IMG/VR virus record: IMGVR_UViG_3300049925_000152
Span: 1 to 46,537 of that record
From: a virus
Lineage: Duplodnaviria > Caudoviricetes
Reading direction: 5' to 3' (one strand)
Length of the DNA: 46,537 nucleotides
This document shows positions 45,682 through 46,537 of the stretch, piece after piece. The notes below the pieces were generated by a model. It worked only from the letters and a program-made list of their open reading frames with translations, did no database searches and was not told where the DNA came from. Position numbers and translations under genes: made by a program. Position 1 is the stretch's first letter. The number at the start of each line of letters is the position of its first letter.

Positions 45682-46497
45682 ATGCGGCATCTACTTCTCG
45701 ACGGCTACAACCTCATGCACCGCGCCCGATTTGGGATGAGGAACGGCGAGCACTACGTCATCTTCAACTTCTTTCGCTCTCTTCGACCGCTGGTCGAGCA
45801 GTTTGCACCCTGCAAGGTGACGCTCTTCCTCGAGGGTGTCCCGCAGCACCGCACCAGCTTGGACGGTGCATACAAGGGCAACCGAGTCACCGAGCCAGGC
45901 ACCAAGCAGCACGACGAGCTTGTTGAGTTCCGCAAGCAGAAGCGGGTCATCCTCGACCTCCTCAAGTACCTACCTGTCGACATGGTCAAGCATGAGCACC
46001 TCGAGTGTGATGACGCGATCGGCAGTTGGGTCCTCGCGCACCGCGACACCGACGAGTGCGTCGTCGTCTCCACAGACACCGACTTCATTCAGCTGCTTGG
46101 TCACCCGAACGTCAAGCTCTACAATCCTGTTCGGAAGGAGTTCGTCGAACCCGCTCCCTACGACTACGTCCTCTGGAAAGCTCTTCGCGGCGACAAGACA
46201 GACAACATTCCTGCAGTTGAGGGGATCACTGACGGTAAGGCGACCAAGATCTGTGCCGACAGCAAGCTCCTCGAAAATCTTCGGTGCGATCCAGACAAGG
46301 CGCAGCAGCTTGATCGTAACCTGACCTTGGTTGCCTTCAAGTACACCGAGCTAAATGATCCTGGGTACAGCAGGGTGCATCCGTCGGTGGATTATGACGC
46401 TCTCAAGGCTGCGTTCACCGACATGGGATTCTACTCCATGGTCAATACGACCTCTTGGCCTAAGTACTGCAAGACGTTCGACTCCGTATACAAGTGA
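45682..46497 (+). CDS. second 5'-3' exonuclease / flap endonuclease
   Basis: AGGAGG RBS; LLLDGYNL, YKGNR, ECDDAIG, STDTDFIQL, GDKTDNIP. Confidence 0.88.
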   Translation: MRHLLLDGYNLMHRARFGMRNGEHYVIFNFFRSLRPLVEQFAPCKVTLFLEGVPQHRTSLDGAYKGNRVTEPGTKQHDELVEFRKQKRVILDLLKYLPVDMVKHEHLECDDAIGSWVLAHRDTDECVVVSTDTDFIQLLGHPNVKLYNPVRKEFVEPAPYDYVLWKALRGDKTDNIPAVEGITDGKATKICADSKLLENLRCDPDKAQQLDRNLTLVAFKYTELNDPGYSRVHPSVDYDALKAAFTDMGFYSMVNTTSWPKYCKTFDSVYK

Positions 46498-46537
46498 CCC
46501 TGTCTGCTTACTTTTAGGGTATGAACGCACTACCCGA

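Overview
This is a segment of a large (jumbo-type) dsDNA phage genome. All credible genes are on the + strand and use the standard code. It holds a replication, recombination and nucleotide-metabolism module (short PolA-like protein, gp32-like SSB, RecA/UvsX, two 5'-3' exonucleases, DnaB-like helicase, class II RNR, DnaE, ThyX, TK, dCMP deaminase, glycosylases), auxiliary metabolic genes (ClpP, GSII, SOD-like, PCD-like, two NDP-sugar epimerases) and blocks of probable virion or hypothetical genes. Core genes are heavily invaded. recA carries a group I intron with a Vsr/EDxHD-like endonuclease, and nrdJ carries an HNH intein ending in Gln. The main result is that dnaE is encoded in four pieces. 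(1) A 26-codon mini-ORF (28260-28340, missed by the ORF track) holds the PHP HxH motif and sits inside a ~60-nt hairpin; a stop plus a 10-nt out-of-frame gap with matched Ser codons separates it from the rest, suggesting ribosomal bypass or a peptide-complemented split, right behind a free-standing endonuclease. (2-4) Three ORFs are joined by two split inteins, and the middle ORF is IntC1-(33-aa extein)-IntN2. A second candidate system is a cytosine-modification pathway: a kinase fused to a TS-like domain with the dCMP-type Asp, a divergent ThyX paralog, dCTPase-like and HAD enzymes, an NDT-like hydrolase, epimerases and an MBD4-like glycosylase. All calls come from motif recognition by eye; no searches were run.
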